A stretch of DNA of 64,000 bases, from the NCBI RefSeq assembly GCF_030028105.1, contig NC_092382.1:59347764-59411763 (forward strand), in the 5' to 3' direction. Origin of the DNA: Mobula birostris. Its lineage: Eukaryota. A program made the translations under genes and the position numbers. Shown here one piece after another: positions 50,100-63,585 of this stretch. The number at the start of each line of letters is the position of its first letter. The stretch's first letter is position 1. Under the pieces are notes generated by a model, which worked only from the letters and a program-made list of their open reading frames with translations, had not been told where the DNA came from and searched no databases.

Positions 50100-53000
50100 A
50101 AATGTAAGGTTGGTTAAGACGGGTAATAGGTAGTGAGGATAACCCTGTTAATTGTATAACCATGACTCCTGGCATTAATGAAGGCTAAATATTTGAAGGG
50201 AATTCTTCGCGATAGGGTTGACAAATATTTGTAGAAGCATAATTAGAGACAGTCAAATGGCTTTGTGAGGGGAAGATCATGCCTTACGCACCTGAATGAC
50301 TTTCTGAGGGGTTGACAAAACAAAGGCTAGAGTGGTGGACGCTGTATGTATGGAATTGAGTGAGGCGCTTGACAAGAGCCCCACAATAGATTCACCCAGA
50401 ACGTCGGGAGGCATGGGACTGATGGAAACTCAGCCGCCTGGGTTTGGACTTACCTTGCCCAGTGAGTATGGGACTGGCAGTAGGTGGGGCGTTTCCAGGA
50501 GATCTACTTTTTCTCATATTTGTAAACGACTTGAAAGAGGAAGTGGATATGTGGGTTGGTAACTTGCAGTTTGAAGCTCCACGTAGCGTAGCGCTTAGAA
50601 TCAGACTATTCCAGCTCGGGGCACTGGAAATCAGAGCTCAATGCCGGTGTTTTGCTGGAAGGAATTTGTACTAAATCCCCGTCACATTTATGGGTTTTCT
50701 CCCAAGTTAAAAAAGGAAACAAAACTTAGCGATTAGGCTAGAGTAACGTTGAGGTTGCTGGGCGCTGCGGCTCATTGTTCCTCACTTCATCTCTAATTGA
50801 ATCAAGGACACCTATGTGCTGCAGCTGTGGATAGTGTAGAATTTCATCATAGGTTACAATGGGACGTCGACACGGTGTAGAGCTGGGGTACGATGTGATA
50901 GATGGACTTCCATGAGTAACAGTACGAGCTGATACATAATAAAAATTCAAACTGGATTACAGAGCACAAATGGCAGATTTTATCGTAGTGTGGAGGATCA
51001 GGGGAGTCGTGCTATGCAAGTCTATAGATCCCTCAAAATTTCCAAACAAGTTAATTGAGTAGCTAAGAAGGTTGATGGTTTAAGAACTGGCAACTCCGGA
51101 AAAGTGATCTCACTATTACTTCCCGTATCACGGGCTTAAGAGGGAAAAGATGCTAAGGAAGAACAGGTAAATGTGTGGCTAACAATTTGTGCAGGAGGAA
51201 GGGCATCGTATACACATATTATTGGGCTCTCTTCGAGGTTTGGTGGACTGGTGTAAGAACATTGGTTTTACACCTGCACTGAAAGGGAGTTGATATTCTA
51301 ACTGGCAAGTTTGATGTATCTGCCCTGGCATTAACATGTGGCATGTGCAGGCCTGGTCTTGGGGGTTGGGCGGGAGAGTGGGAAATGGAACTGCAAGTGA
51401 GTAAGTAGGATTGAGTAAAAGGTAGAGACGAGGTCAAGGAATGCCAAAATGAAGTCCAGCCAGGACCCCGTTAATGAGCCCGGTGTCTCCGAGGGGCTGA
51501 AGTGAGGTTATGTCAGTAAAGGTGTGTAACACTTAAGACAGACGTACTTAGAACCTGGATTAGTACGTGACACAGTGAGCCAGATATTGCAGAGCTCTGG
51601 TTGAGAGAAGGTCAGGGCTGGTCGCTAACCATTCCAGAATTCAGATGATTCAGGCAATCCAGAGGGTGAGGTGGTGGTGTGGGTGTGGGGGGTCCTGAAC
51701 TGCTGATCAGGCAGAATTTCAGAATGTCCCAGGTCCGAGATCATCCCATAGGCTTCATCAGTAACATGATGCAGGTAGAGCTCAATAATAAGGAATGTGC
51801 AATCGCTCTGATGGTGTTCTACCTGCAGCCTGTAAGAGAGAGCAACAGACAGGTCGGGAGGTTATGGGCTGATGTAAAAGCAATCATGCAGTTATTGCGG
51901 GTAAATAATCACTCCAACATTACTGGCATTCCCTTATCCCTTGAGGATGGATGGGGCTTTGTGGTTCAGATGGGTCCTGGAATGCTTCCTGAAAGAGTAT
52001 TTAGATGGACGACCAGGGAGGGAGACGGGCTTGACTTAGTAGTATCAGTAGTATAATTCTGGAGGTTCGCAAACAGTTTTTGATAAGGATAAGACTGGAG
52101 CTGCAGGGGGATAAATGTAAATTCGGTGAAGGATAATGACAGTAGAATTGGGCATCGACTTGCAAACCAAATTATCCCCAAACTAGAATCATTCCAACCA
52201 TTCACAGGATGACAAAATATGTGTACACCCCCAAATCTGCACACTCCTCTCATATAAATGTGTACCTCAAATCCAGCGACACCCCCAAATATGCGTGTAC
52301 CCCCAGAACTGAGTGAAAAACATTCTAAGGAACAGGATATATAAGTCAATCGTTATATGGTAAACTGGATTTTCAGATGACACCTGGATTCGGAGTGTGA
52401 GTGGACAGCGAAGTAGGTTATGAAAACTTTTAGCGTGAGTGAAGCAGCTGGAAAAACGGGCTGAACATTTTGAAGTTGGAACTTAATGTGAAATTCCATC
52501 GAGTTGGGATCTAGTGTGAGCTGTTGCACTTTGGCAGGACCTACCAGGGCAGGACTTATACAATTAGTGGAAGGTAATTCAGATGTGCAGGAGAGCAGAG
52601 GGTTCTGAGAACACAGTTTCAAAATTCCTAGATAAGGTCACGAGGAGAATCTTTGCACACACGCCTTCATATATCAGAGTACCGAGTACACGAATTAAAA
52701 TGTTATGTTGAAGTTGTGTAAGACGTTATTGAGGATCAGCGTGGAGCATTATGTATAGTTCAGATCACATATCTGCAGGAAAGAGATCAATAAACTTGAA
52801 AGATTACAGAGATAATTTATAATGATGTTTCAGAAATTGAGGGGTTGAGTCAGAAGGAGAGAATCAATAGGCCTATTCTCTCCCAAACTGACGCACTCTC
52901 CCCTCAAGTTAGGTGAGACTGGAACAAGAGTTCATATTTTAAAGGTGAAAGTAGACCACGAGAGGAAGCTTCTTCACTCAGAGGGCGGTATGAACGTGGG

Positions 53001-54350
53001 ATGAGTAGCCGGAGAAAGTGGTGAATGCAGGCTCAATCACAACATTTAGGAGACACTTGAACGGGTAAATGGATGGGAAGTATATGAAAGGCTATGGTCT
53101 TAATGCAGGTCGTTGGGACCAGACCAGAAAACAGCTCGGCAGAGATTGGAAGAGCCAGAGAAAATGTTTATGTGTGTGGTGTTCGATAACACTACATCTA
53201 ATCCCGAAGAATCCTCTCCAGTAAGTTTCATACCCCGAAGTGTGACTCAGAAGTTGATATTTTCCAGGATAACCCATCCCCTTTTATGAATAATGGAATA
53301 CCATTTATCTCCGCTTTTTGGGTATCTTGCTTGCAGCTACAGAGGAGAGGTCCTCAGAGTTGTAATCTCCCGCTTCTCCAAGTAATCTGTAAGTATATCC
53401 CGCCTGGCCCTGGAAAATTATCCACCCTAATGCTCTTTAAGAGACAAAACACTACCCCCTTAGAGGTCCTGTACTTAAACAAATTTAAAAGACACTGTTG
53501 GTAACTACAGGATAGAAAAGGTTCGATCAACGACTCTTACGGCACGGAAAAGTCTCTTCAGACCCAATGCCTTGTGACTGAGATGTACATTCAGGCAAAT
53601 TGCCGTCCCAGGGCAAACGGGACAAACGCAGGCAGATGGAAATGTTTTGGATGGCACCAGAACGCTATGGAGGGGTGGGCCGAAGGGCCACTGTCAATGC
53701 TGTAATGGAAATGTTGTCGCTGAAAGGTCGACTCTACTCCTCTCGATAGATCCGGCCTGACCCGCTAAGTTCCGTGAAAATGCTGCATTCAGCTCTGGTT
53801 AGCATTCTATATCAATGATACTTTGTGCTGGAAGACTGCAGAGGAAGTTGACCAGGACTGGGGCTTACGTCATGGGGAAGATCAGTATGTGTTGATATAC
53901 TGTGTTGATCTACAAGGGGGTTTGGGATCCCAGTTCATTACTCTCTTTAGGTGCTGCACAGGGTGAGGGGTTGCTGCGAGCGACGTAGGGCCTGCTTGTC
54001 TTTAGCAGTCGAGGCACTGAGTTCCAGGGTCAGGTAGTTATGTTGCAGTTTTATAAATCTCCAGTTTAACCACATCCTGAGTATTGGATTCTATTATTGG
54101 AAAATTGTGGGGGTTTTGAACTGAGAGTCGAAGAGCCTTAACAGGATGCTTCCTTGATAAGGAGAGATTAGACAGTCTTGGGATATTTTATCTGGAGCGG
54201 CAGAGGCTGAGGGAGGCCTGATTGAAGTTCATAGGAACATGAAAGGCACCAACATCGTGGACAGCCCGTTTTTTTTCTTTTCGCTGAACATGAGACATGA
54301 AATAACTAATACCAGAGGGCATGTATTTAAGATGGAAGGCCAGCGAAATC
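50100..54350 (+). mobile_element. Patchwork of old CR1 LINE fragments
   Basis: 'ggctttgtgagggggaagatcatgcct' (GFVRGRSC), VDAVCMELSEALDK, 'ttcttcactcagagggcggtatg', 'tctggagcggcagaggctgagggagg'; no intact frame. Confidence 0.65.
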
Positions 54351-54536
54351 AGCATGGCGGTTGTTGTCAGATCTGTGCCTGGACGAAAGGAGCAAAAAAT
54401 CAAGCAGTTTGTAGGTTGGGGGAAGAGGCAGAACGAGCCTCTTGTTGGATTTGGAGTAGGCGAGAGGAGGGGAGCTGGAAGCCAAGAGGAGATGGGCAGT
54501 GATTTGGCCACCACTGCCGGCCCATCAACTGGAGAG

Positions 54537-54892
54537 TGTCGTGGTTAAGGGTCGAAACACTCTGTGAAGGTTGGGAACCACCTGATGACATCTGCTCCTG
54601 GCTGAAGGCTACGGATACCTTATAAGGTAACTGGAGAATGCATCCTAACAGGTATATGTAACAAGGTGAAAGGGGGAAAACTACTGGTGAGAGAATTTAT
54701 TGGGCTAATGATAATGTGTGACTGATGAAAATGGAGCATTATGAACTGTAAATTCAGAATCGCCGCTCTGAGAAACGATTCTCACATGGCCACGGAAATA
54801 AAAGACATTCAAATATCTGAGTCCGCGTGTTGTTTTGTATTCTCCGACAATATCACTATTTGAGTCCGAACGTGATTTGACTTGGCCTGACA
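54537..54892 (+). mobile_element. 5' LTR of an endogenous retrovirus
   Basis: TGTC...GACA termini, AATAAA at ~54797, PBS directly downstream. Confidence 0.8.
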
Positions 54893-54896
54893 AATT

Positions 54897-54913
54897 TGGC
54901 GACGAGGATGGGA
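54897..54913 (+). promoter_or_regulatory. Primer-binding site complementary to the tRNA-Ser(GCU) 3' end
   Basis: TGGCGACGAGGATGGGA is the reverse complement of UCCCAUCCUCGUCGCCA; 4 nt after the LTR end. Confidence 0.85.
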
Positions 54914-55321
54914 GCCTTTAAACGCGATATAGTGAACCCTTGACCGAGAATTTGGCCCCTCGGACTGCGCCAGAAAAGGTTGTCCCTCACCAGCCGGTGA
55001 CCAGTGTACCTGCGTTCGGGTAAGAAAAAGAAGGAAACTGCGAGAAGGGACAGGGAACCATGAAATTTAAAATTGCTTTAAAATAAAACTGATCCATTTT
55101 GGGACCCAGATGTTCGCTGTTATATTCAATGGATTGTACAAGTGTATAACTGAGGCGCGCGAATGTTGCAACATCTGTTAAGTACACTTTAATTCTGAAA
55201 AGTGTTGGGTTACCGTCCTAGTAGGTTGGTGGACCCCTCTAAAGGTAAACCGGCGAGAACCGCGCCTCACGAGCGACGCCCGAGTGATCCTAAAACGAAA
55301 GTACCGGTAAACGACACCACG

Positions 55322-56290
55322 ATGTAGAAAGTCGAAAAGTACAAGACAAAGAATTTGTTGGTTTCCTGCAGGGTCGCCCGCTGATAAGGTTTGGTTGAGA
55401 ACAGGGGATAGCATGTACTCTGTCACATTTTCTAGTGAGTTATATGCTTGGAGTCAAGGGGATTGGACTTGTGGCGGTGCTTTCGATTTGCTAAAACTAA
55501 AATATTAGACTTCGATTACATGTTGTGGTTTACTAACAAATGGGACACCAACAACTTACAGCTGAACGCAAGAAAGAACATATTTCTAACAAATGAATCA
55601 TGATTTCGAGGACTGGCGCTCTCTGCGTCGGCTATTGTTTCCGCCGAGGAGCCGGGTCAGAATGGTTCCCCGAATTAACACCTATTCGTCGGGAACAGAC
55701 AGGTCAGAAAACAAAAAAAAAACAAAGGGAACAGGAGCAGAAGCAGCAGATAGATCTACTGGAGAAGATATCAGTGAGTTTCCCCAAAAATTGTGGGGGA
55801 AATCACAATTGTAAAGCCCTGGGTCGCGCCTGTGGTATAGAATACCGTTAATTAATCTCCTAACCCGCTAAGACAACCAACTGGCTCACACAAACTTGTC
55901 AAGTTTTCCAGCTCCTGCCCGGGGATTTGCGCGCACTCCTCAGTGTTACATATGGAACTTCTTGGGGAGGGACACACAGTAGGTTCTCCAGTCCCAGACA
56001 GACGTCCGAACGTGACTGGAAACCAGGTCGGGCGGGCGATGTAAGACGAGCCATGGGTCGCTAAGGTAATGGAACCCATTTTAATGACGGCCCGACAGCA
56101 CGGGGAGTTTTGCGAACTTTCCCGAAGTCTACATATAAAAGGCGAATCCCTTTCGGACATTATAGCTCGTTTTAAGGATACCTGGTAGTCCAATGCTGGC
56201 AAACTCCTAGACCATCAGAATACCCAGCTGGCAGTGTAGACTTTTCTGAACTGCCTCCGACCTGCGATTGCCCAGTCCTTTCAGTTAACT
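55322..56290 (+). pseudogene. Decayed retroviral gag (matrix-like and capsid MHR-like segments)
   Basis: FPAGSPADKVWLRTGDSMYSVTFSSELYAWSQGDWTCGGAFDLLKLK (~55362-55505) and KGESLSDIIARFKDTW*SNAGKLLD...TFLNCLRPAIA (~56138-56273); stops and frameshifts; no pol follows. Confidence 0.7.
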
Positions 56291-56299
56291 AATCTTAAT

Positions 56300-57360
56300 T
56301 GGCAGACCCAGCAATTATTATTAAAGTTTCTATAAATGAAACATTCTTGAGATTTTTCACTCCCCACCCCCCCACCCCAAATCGGTGTGCAAATATATTT
56401 GCCAACATACCCCTAAATTTGTGCACATTCCTAAATCAGCACGCACCACAAAATCCTTGTGGAATCCCAAATCTGTGTCGGCTTCCAAATTCACGCAACC
56501 CGCAAACTCGCTGACATCTCCACATGCACATTAGATTATTCTTGAGCAAAATAATTTCAAACAGATCACAATCTATCTGCTTCCACCTTATAAAACAGTA
56601 AGAACAAAGTTTATAATTGAAAGTGCTTTAATTAATAAAATATCGGAAGTAAAGGAATGTTGAGATTTGTCACAACTCCACATACAACGGCTCCCACAAA
56701 TCCGTGTGCAGCCCCACTTGCCTGTGCAATCCCATCTTGTTAAAATGATTCTTCTTTGAAAATCAAATGTGCATACGTGGGTGTCAGCTGGGTTGGTGGT
56801 GCATACGGTCTGAGGGTGCTTACAGATTTGGGGATGTCGGTCGATTTTGAGTTGTAACGAATCTCAAGGTTGTTTCATTGATCGGTACTTCATTAATAAA
56901 TACACATTTAATGTTCTTCTCTGCTGTTACTATGACTTTTTAAGATGGAGGTTGCTACTGAGTGGACTATTTGAAATTATTCCTCCTCTGGGATAAGCTG
57001 ATGTATATCTGGAGGGTGTTGGCGGGTTCGCAGTGAGCAGCGTTATGGGTGTCCATCCGTATTTGTGAGTGCATCTCGATTTGTGGGTCTGGGTGGATTT
57101 GGGTTAATGACAAATATCAAGGTTGTTTCGTTTAGAGATACTTTAATAAATAATGCACTTCAACAGCGAACTTTGCTCTTGCTATTTTCAATGTGGATTC
57201 AGCCATCTTGTGAAAAAGATCGAAATGATTCTTGCTCCAGGATAAACAATCGTACTTGCAGGAACGCACTCGTATTTGAAGGTGCACAGACATTTGGAGA
57301 TGTTCACGGCGAGATTGAGTACACATGGATCTGGGGATGTCTCAAGGTCTTTTTGATATT
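56300..57360. repeat. Imperfect foldback (inverted) repeat built from ~150-bp AT-rich blocks and short C-rich/G-rich motifs
   Basis: 56530-56680 resembles the reverse complement of 56850-57000. Further copies at 56310-56360 (partial) and 57100-57245. Confidence 0.65.
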
Positions 57361-57949
57361 TCAGTCGACTTAGCTGAATATTAAGTTGAAAAAATGGCTC
57401 TTAAATAATAAACAAATGTATGTATTTTGTTTTAAAATCCCGTGTAAGGAATGAGGTAAATAAGTCAAAAATCACATGTGATTCTTCCTTGGTGTGTGTA
57501 AAATAAGAAATGCAAAACAGCGGTTCTGAAACAGCGCATTAGCTTAGGACGTGTTAATTTTTATAAGAGAGAAAGACTATCAGCCTTTCTAGAAAAGGGG
57601 TTCCCTTGGTAGCCGGGAGTGGCGAGTAGACAAGAGCGGCAGACATGTGGAGAGGAGGAAGACAGAAGGTGAGGGAGAGAAAGTCAGAAACAGAGTCAGA
57701 GAATGATGGAATTAACTGTCGGCAACTGGGTTCCCTCCAGCACAGTGTGGATCAGATCACCGAGTGGCCGCTAAGTATTCATTGCACACAGTCTTACTGT
57801 GCCTTTACACGTGGCTGATTAGTATTTCTCATGTCATTCTGATATAGTAGTAGATTAATAATCTTCAACATGTGTACTCTGTCTCACTTTACTGCGAATT
57901 CTTCATGCTGTTAAATCAGAAAGAAACAAGGAAAAAAATAACCCCTTAC

Positions 57950-60551
57950 TGTCGATACCCGTATACCATACAAGAGGCCAGGACGCATTCATACATACAT
58001 TACTACTCTCCGGCAGCTGATGCAATTCCGCTGGGTGAAAAAAGTCGATGTGACAGAGAACACTTAAATCTAGGAGCATCAGCACCTTTCTATGAAATGA
58101 CTTTGTATTTATTGGCAAGCAAAGGTGACGCTGTCCGTTTGTACAATTTACCCTCCATTGAAAATCACACAAAAAACAAAAGACACCAGTGCTCTAAATC
58201 GGTTATTCGGTTTACTTTATTATGTTTCTCCTCTTTATGTGCCTTCTTGCAATGTTTCCTGTTCTTTAACAGTATCTGCCTTCATATATTATTTGAAAAT
58301 CTTTGGAAACTGGTGTTATTTTCATTTCCCTGAATAATGTCATGGCATATTTGTGAGACTGCAAAGATCGAACGGGAACTAGTGAAACACGTCTCTTCTT
58401 GACTGTTATTAATCTCTGTTGTGGTTTGCAATGAGCTCCTCTTAAAGCTTAGAAATGTAGAAACAGCAGAACGGGCACGTTTATTCACAATGGTCACCGC
58501 AATAAATTTGACAGAATGGTGTTCAAAGCGGTAAGCTTTTGATTAAAAGCGTACACGTTGCAATAAAACATATTTCTTCGTCACACAAAACATCAGGCAA
58601 GCACAGTTGTGCACAGCAGGTGTCGAAGTAAAGGTATTCTTAGATTTCTTTTGTCGGCACCATTACCTCCAGCCACTAAATACAAGCGGCACATAGTTCT
58701 TTGTCTGCTAATCAACTGAGCAGTGATCAGATTTAGATTTGTGCATATAAATCACACATTTCAACAAATTCTTTTTACAGATGTGTAACCCTGTGCGATA
58801 AACACTCGTTTTCCCTGCTGTGCTCGGAGTGTAACCACGTCTGATGTGATGATAACGATAAAACACAGCGAGCGTTATTCCCCAACAGCATGTGTTTACT
58901 GATATTCTAGTGTAAAAAAATATATCTAGGTCTCCCATCAATGGTACCAATCCTGAGCCACTGACTCTGCAGTTTTGTATCTTGCTCAAACAGCTGTTAT
59001 ATTTGCCTGCATGTGAGCGGCCATTGACAATCGAATATATTATGAATATTTTCATATTTGCCTTTCGTAACCCGTGACAATGGGATCACTGATAATTGGA
59101 CATCATCTTTAGTCGAATAGCTCTGCTGAGTGAATTGTTTAAAGACAGAGCTTCGCACTGCCAGTGACGGTGTTGGAGTAGCAGCGACATTACTAGTGTG
59201 GAACATAATGAGATTGAGCAAGCCGCTTAGTTATCCTTGCGGAGAGTGATGGGACTGGATATGCAGTGTGATTATCACTGTGGTCAGGGATGTGGATTTG
59301 ATCAGTCGTGACTCTGTCAGTCTGGTCAGAGATGTGTCTGGATCTGCAATGATAACAAGGAATAGCATATTTCCCTCAGCAATCAGGATTCTGAAAGGGC
59401 ATTGAACCCAACAATACTCCCTCACTACATGTTGTCCTCTTTTTTCACTAATTAAATTTAGTTTTTTTTTTTACATATTATCTTCCAACTGTGACTTACA
59501 GATTTTATTATTATGTATTGCAACGCATATCGACACATTTCACGACATATGCCGGTGATATTCAACCTCATTCCGGTTCTGATTTTGTACACTCTGTGAT
59601 TCGCTTCTAAGATTCGCGGCTGCTCCATTTATTACTACTCGGGTCCATTTCAGGAATAAACTATGCCTCTGATAGCCGTCACGTTCCAGAAGTGCAAACG
59701 ATTTTTCTCCTTCAGATCTGACAACTTTCTCTATCTACTGTGCAATATTACACTTGTAAATGTTTTGAGTTTACACTCTAACACGAATCACCTTATTCAG
59801 AACATTTGAGATTCCTCTGACATATGTTTGGAAGAGTTTTTCCTCAGATCCTTCTGTATTACCAATCCCTTTACACAGTTCTATTGTCGAAATACTCTCC
59901 CGTCTCATCGGGTGAGAAAGCTGTCCGGTTTTGAGTATTTCACCACCAGATGCAATGAAGAAGATATTGATTATGACTTATCTTGTGCGTAAGTCTATAC
60001 TACACACGCGGAGTTTGAAACATTGACTGCACAGAAGCTAAAGCTGAAATTAGCAAAATGTTTTCCACCAAGTTGCATTACTGCTTTGCTCAATCGCTTC
60101 GCTCCGTCGTCCGAGCTATAACACAAGTTATTTCTGTTGGTGTCTGTTTCATAGAATTGGCAATCAGGTGTGCGGTGGCTTACCTATATAGATTCCAGGC
60201 CAGATGCAGTTTAATAATTTGCAATCTATTGGCACTATAATAACGACATATGGGCTGCACGTTTAAGATAAAAGCCGATGTTCGGGCTAGGCGCTGATCC
60301 TGCACCTGAGATTAGCGCTGAATCTACAGGACAGTAGATGGAGCAATAATGTAGAGCATCTATTGACGCCTTTGATCAATATAATCGCGATCATCTGACT
60401 GCAGGGAGCTCTCACTTGATAATTCTCAACTTGGATTCCACGCAAAGTGGAGGAATTTAAAATATGGGTGCCCTGACAATGACCAGGACACGCTGTTACA
60501 TAACCAGTACTGTCAGTGTTAAGGCCACAGAGACAACAACATTATCATCAT
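57950..60551 (-). pseudogene. Tentative decayed multi-exon type-I membrane receptor (leader, Ig-like, Ser/Thr stalk, TM, tail)
   Basis: Splice-bounded segments 60184-60323 (tgtag/gtaag), 59062-59343 (282 bp, one TAA) and ~58790-58906 (hydrophobic after frameshifts), plus ~59680-59950, ~58331-58448 and ~57950-58031. Confidence 0.35.
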
Positions 60552-61699
60552 GGTCAACGGTAGTAATGACGCGGCAGCTTGGCCTGCAGTGAGATCATCC
60601 AGTCAGCTGAGCTGAGTTCCAGAGAAGCAGTGACAACACCAGGGTGTTCAGTGACGTGCTTTGAAAGTGCAATCCATTCTGCGTATTGAATACAACAGCC
60701 CGTAGCGGTTCTGACGCTCCAGCATTACACTCAATGTGTCGGCATCGTGCCTGCTGTTCTGCATTTCCAATGCAGGGAGTGGCTCCCTGGAGGTCGGAGA
60801 GATGAATCTGACCGCGTTTAGTGGAGACTTCGGCCAGATTTATCAAGGCTGTGTTTTACATCCGTCCCCATCTGCAGAGTCCTTCTCCGTAGAATATTGA
60901 CTCCCATTGTAGCAAACATTTCAAATTATTGCACAATACTTAGTAATAACATGTCGTACTCTCATTTTATACCAGCATATGGCGCATTCCATATTTCTAC
61001 ATGTACTGAACTACATCTGTTTCTGACTGCAGTTAATCTGATTTGTGATGTGCAATAATTCTCTTTGTTGTTGTACACTGCCTGGCTGGCACAGTACAAA
61101 CCCCAACATTTATTTGCAGCACTCTTTGCAATATGTTGACGCGTTTAAACATGTGAAACGTATGTTTACGTGCATACAGGATATTTTAATAATTATATTC
61201 ACAATGTTATTGCCAGTATGGGAGACCAGAAATAAAGAAGCAGCTGTATAAAGCTGAAAGCGATGTAGACTTGGTATTTTTCGGTTCCCTGGTGAGTTCT
61301 GTTACCTGCACCTCTGAACACAAGCTGCATCACTTTTCATACGTGATGCTCTTTATCCACTAATCCACTGAAAATTGTTCAGAATTATTTTTGTGCAGAT
61401 AGACCAAATAAAAGAGATGTACGCGGCTCCTTCCCTCTGCCAGTTTGCAGGTTACTCTTGAGCATGGTTCGCCCACCTACTTAAACAATTACTCTGCTTC
61501 TCCCTCCGCCCGACAGATCAGGGGGACATGCAGTCTTGGGACTTGGTAGAGTATGGCCGTATTTGCAGCTAACGTACATCACAGGTCCCGGTCATGCGAC
61601 CACTAGCACCAGGCTCTGAAGAGTGTAAGTCATGCCTCGGGTCCTCAGTTAAGGGACGATTTGTTGGCTTTTTGGTCATTGGCATTAATGTTGTGAATG

Positions 61700-62880
61700 A
61701 GTTAGTTGTTGAGACTGTGGTTGAGATTCTGGGGAGGGTACGACCGGTACGAGAGGGATGGGTTACAACTGAACCCGAAGGATCCAATATCCTAGCGGGC
61801 AGGTTGGCCTCAGTTGCTCGGGTGGGTTTAAATTAATTTGTTACAGGAATGGGAACCTGCAAGATGGTGCTGAAGATGCAGTCGTTGGTTTACAAGCAGA
61901 GGCAATGTATAGAGAGACTCCTTGAAAGGAAAGGCCGCTGATAGGACAAAATTGCAGTTAGGAGGACGAGTTGCAACATCAAAGCGGGAAAAATCGAAGT
62001 GTCAGAATCAAGGAATGTTGGTGTGACATTGAATGCACGCAGTACACTGGATATGGTAGAGGAACTTGTAGCACAGTTACTCATTGTCATACATGCATAT
62101 GCAAAACGGAATCATAGTTGAAAGAAGTTTATAGCTAGGAGATTAATATCAAGGATACACATTGTAGCAAGGGACAGGCAGGAAGCTAGAGGGGGCGGCT
62201 TTGCTCTGTTCTGCAAGATTAAAGCAAATCATTTAAAAGAGGTCCCATAGGATCAGAAGGTGTTAATTCATTGTAGATAGATCTATGATCGAATTCATCC
62301 TGAAATTTGAGAAGGAAAAGCGAATATCAGATGTATCAGAACTTCAATGGAGTAAATGAAATTACAGAAGCATGAGAGAGGAATTGGCCAGAATTGATTG
62401 GGGGGAAAAGACACGAGCAGACATGGCTACAGAGCAGCAGTGCCTGCAATTACGGAAAGGATTTAGAAGGCACAGGATTCGTGCGTCACAAGAGAAGCGG
62501 TATTGTAAAGAAAAACATGACAAACTGTGTCGAACAAGAGAAGAGAAAAACAACTTAATATCCAAAAATTAGGCACATAAAAGAGCAAGAATTAGTGGGG
62601 TTAGATGATTGGGACGTTTTTAAACATTCAACAGAAGGCAACTAAAATGTCAATAAGAAGGCATCGAAGGGATGCAAAATAACGCTAGCCAACAATATTA
62701 AAGACGGTACCCACATTTTTTTAGATATATAAAGTGAAAGAGAGTGACCAGACTGGACATCGGACAGCTGGAAAACGATGCTGGACAGATAGTAATGGGG
62801 AACAATGAAATGGCGGACGCGCTGTAACATTTTGCATCAGTTTTCACCGTGGAAGACAGCAGCAGTGTGGCAGAAGCTCC
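61700..62880 (+). mobile_element. Decayed CR1 LINE (ORF1 end to ORF2 start)
   Basis: NILAGRLASVARVGLN (ORF1 end), MREELARIDWG, 'ttttgcatcagttttcaccgtggaagac' (FASVFTVED). Confidence 0.75.
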
Positions 62881-63585
62881 AGATGTCAGGATTCATAAGT
62901 GAAACCAACACTCTCCCCAATAATCCCAAAATCAGAGTTGCTAAGTATATAATGTTCTGCATACGTGCGAGTAAATTTCCTGTCACATTACAAGTACTTC
63001 AATGCTACGTGATCTATCATGGCAACAAACGTTCAGTAGTCTCTTCATTATAGTAGCACATTAGGTGGTGCATGGCGTTTCTGAAGTTGTTAATGTTGGG
63101 GAAAATTTGATAGACCGGGGAATACTATATACAGCACTGAACGGACCATTTGGCGCACAATGTTTGCCGACTTTGACACTAAGTTCCGCTTTTATTTTCA
63201 AACGGATTGCACACAAAAATGAACCTGAGATTCACGTGAGAAAAATGTCACCAATAATGGACATAACTACGTGTTGGGAAAACACTCCATCACATTCGAT
63301 CCCTCCAAGTGTAAATATTTTGAAGACTAATAATAACACAGCGAGTTTTTCAGTCAACGGACTGTGCCATTCCCGATATTATAGCGAATAGAATATAAAA
63401 GTTAATGCTGAATGCTTCTGTATTCCTCTGTCATATCCGTAAATATCTCTCCTCAGATCTCTAGATTATCAAGCTCATAACAACTTCTCGGACAATTCTG
63501 TCCGCGGCATCGGTAGTATTTTGGTCTGAAAGGGATTGGAAACGTCATCATTACTGTCAATGGGTTTTGTCGATTGTAGCTTGGA

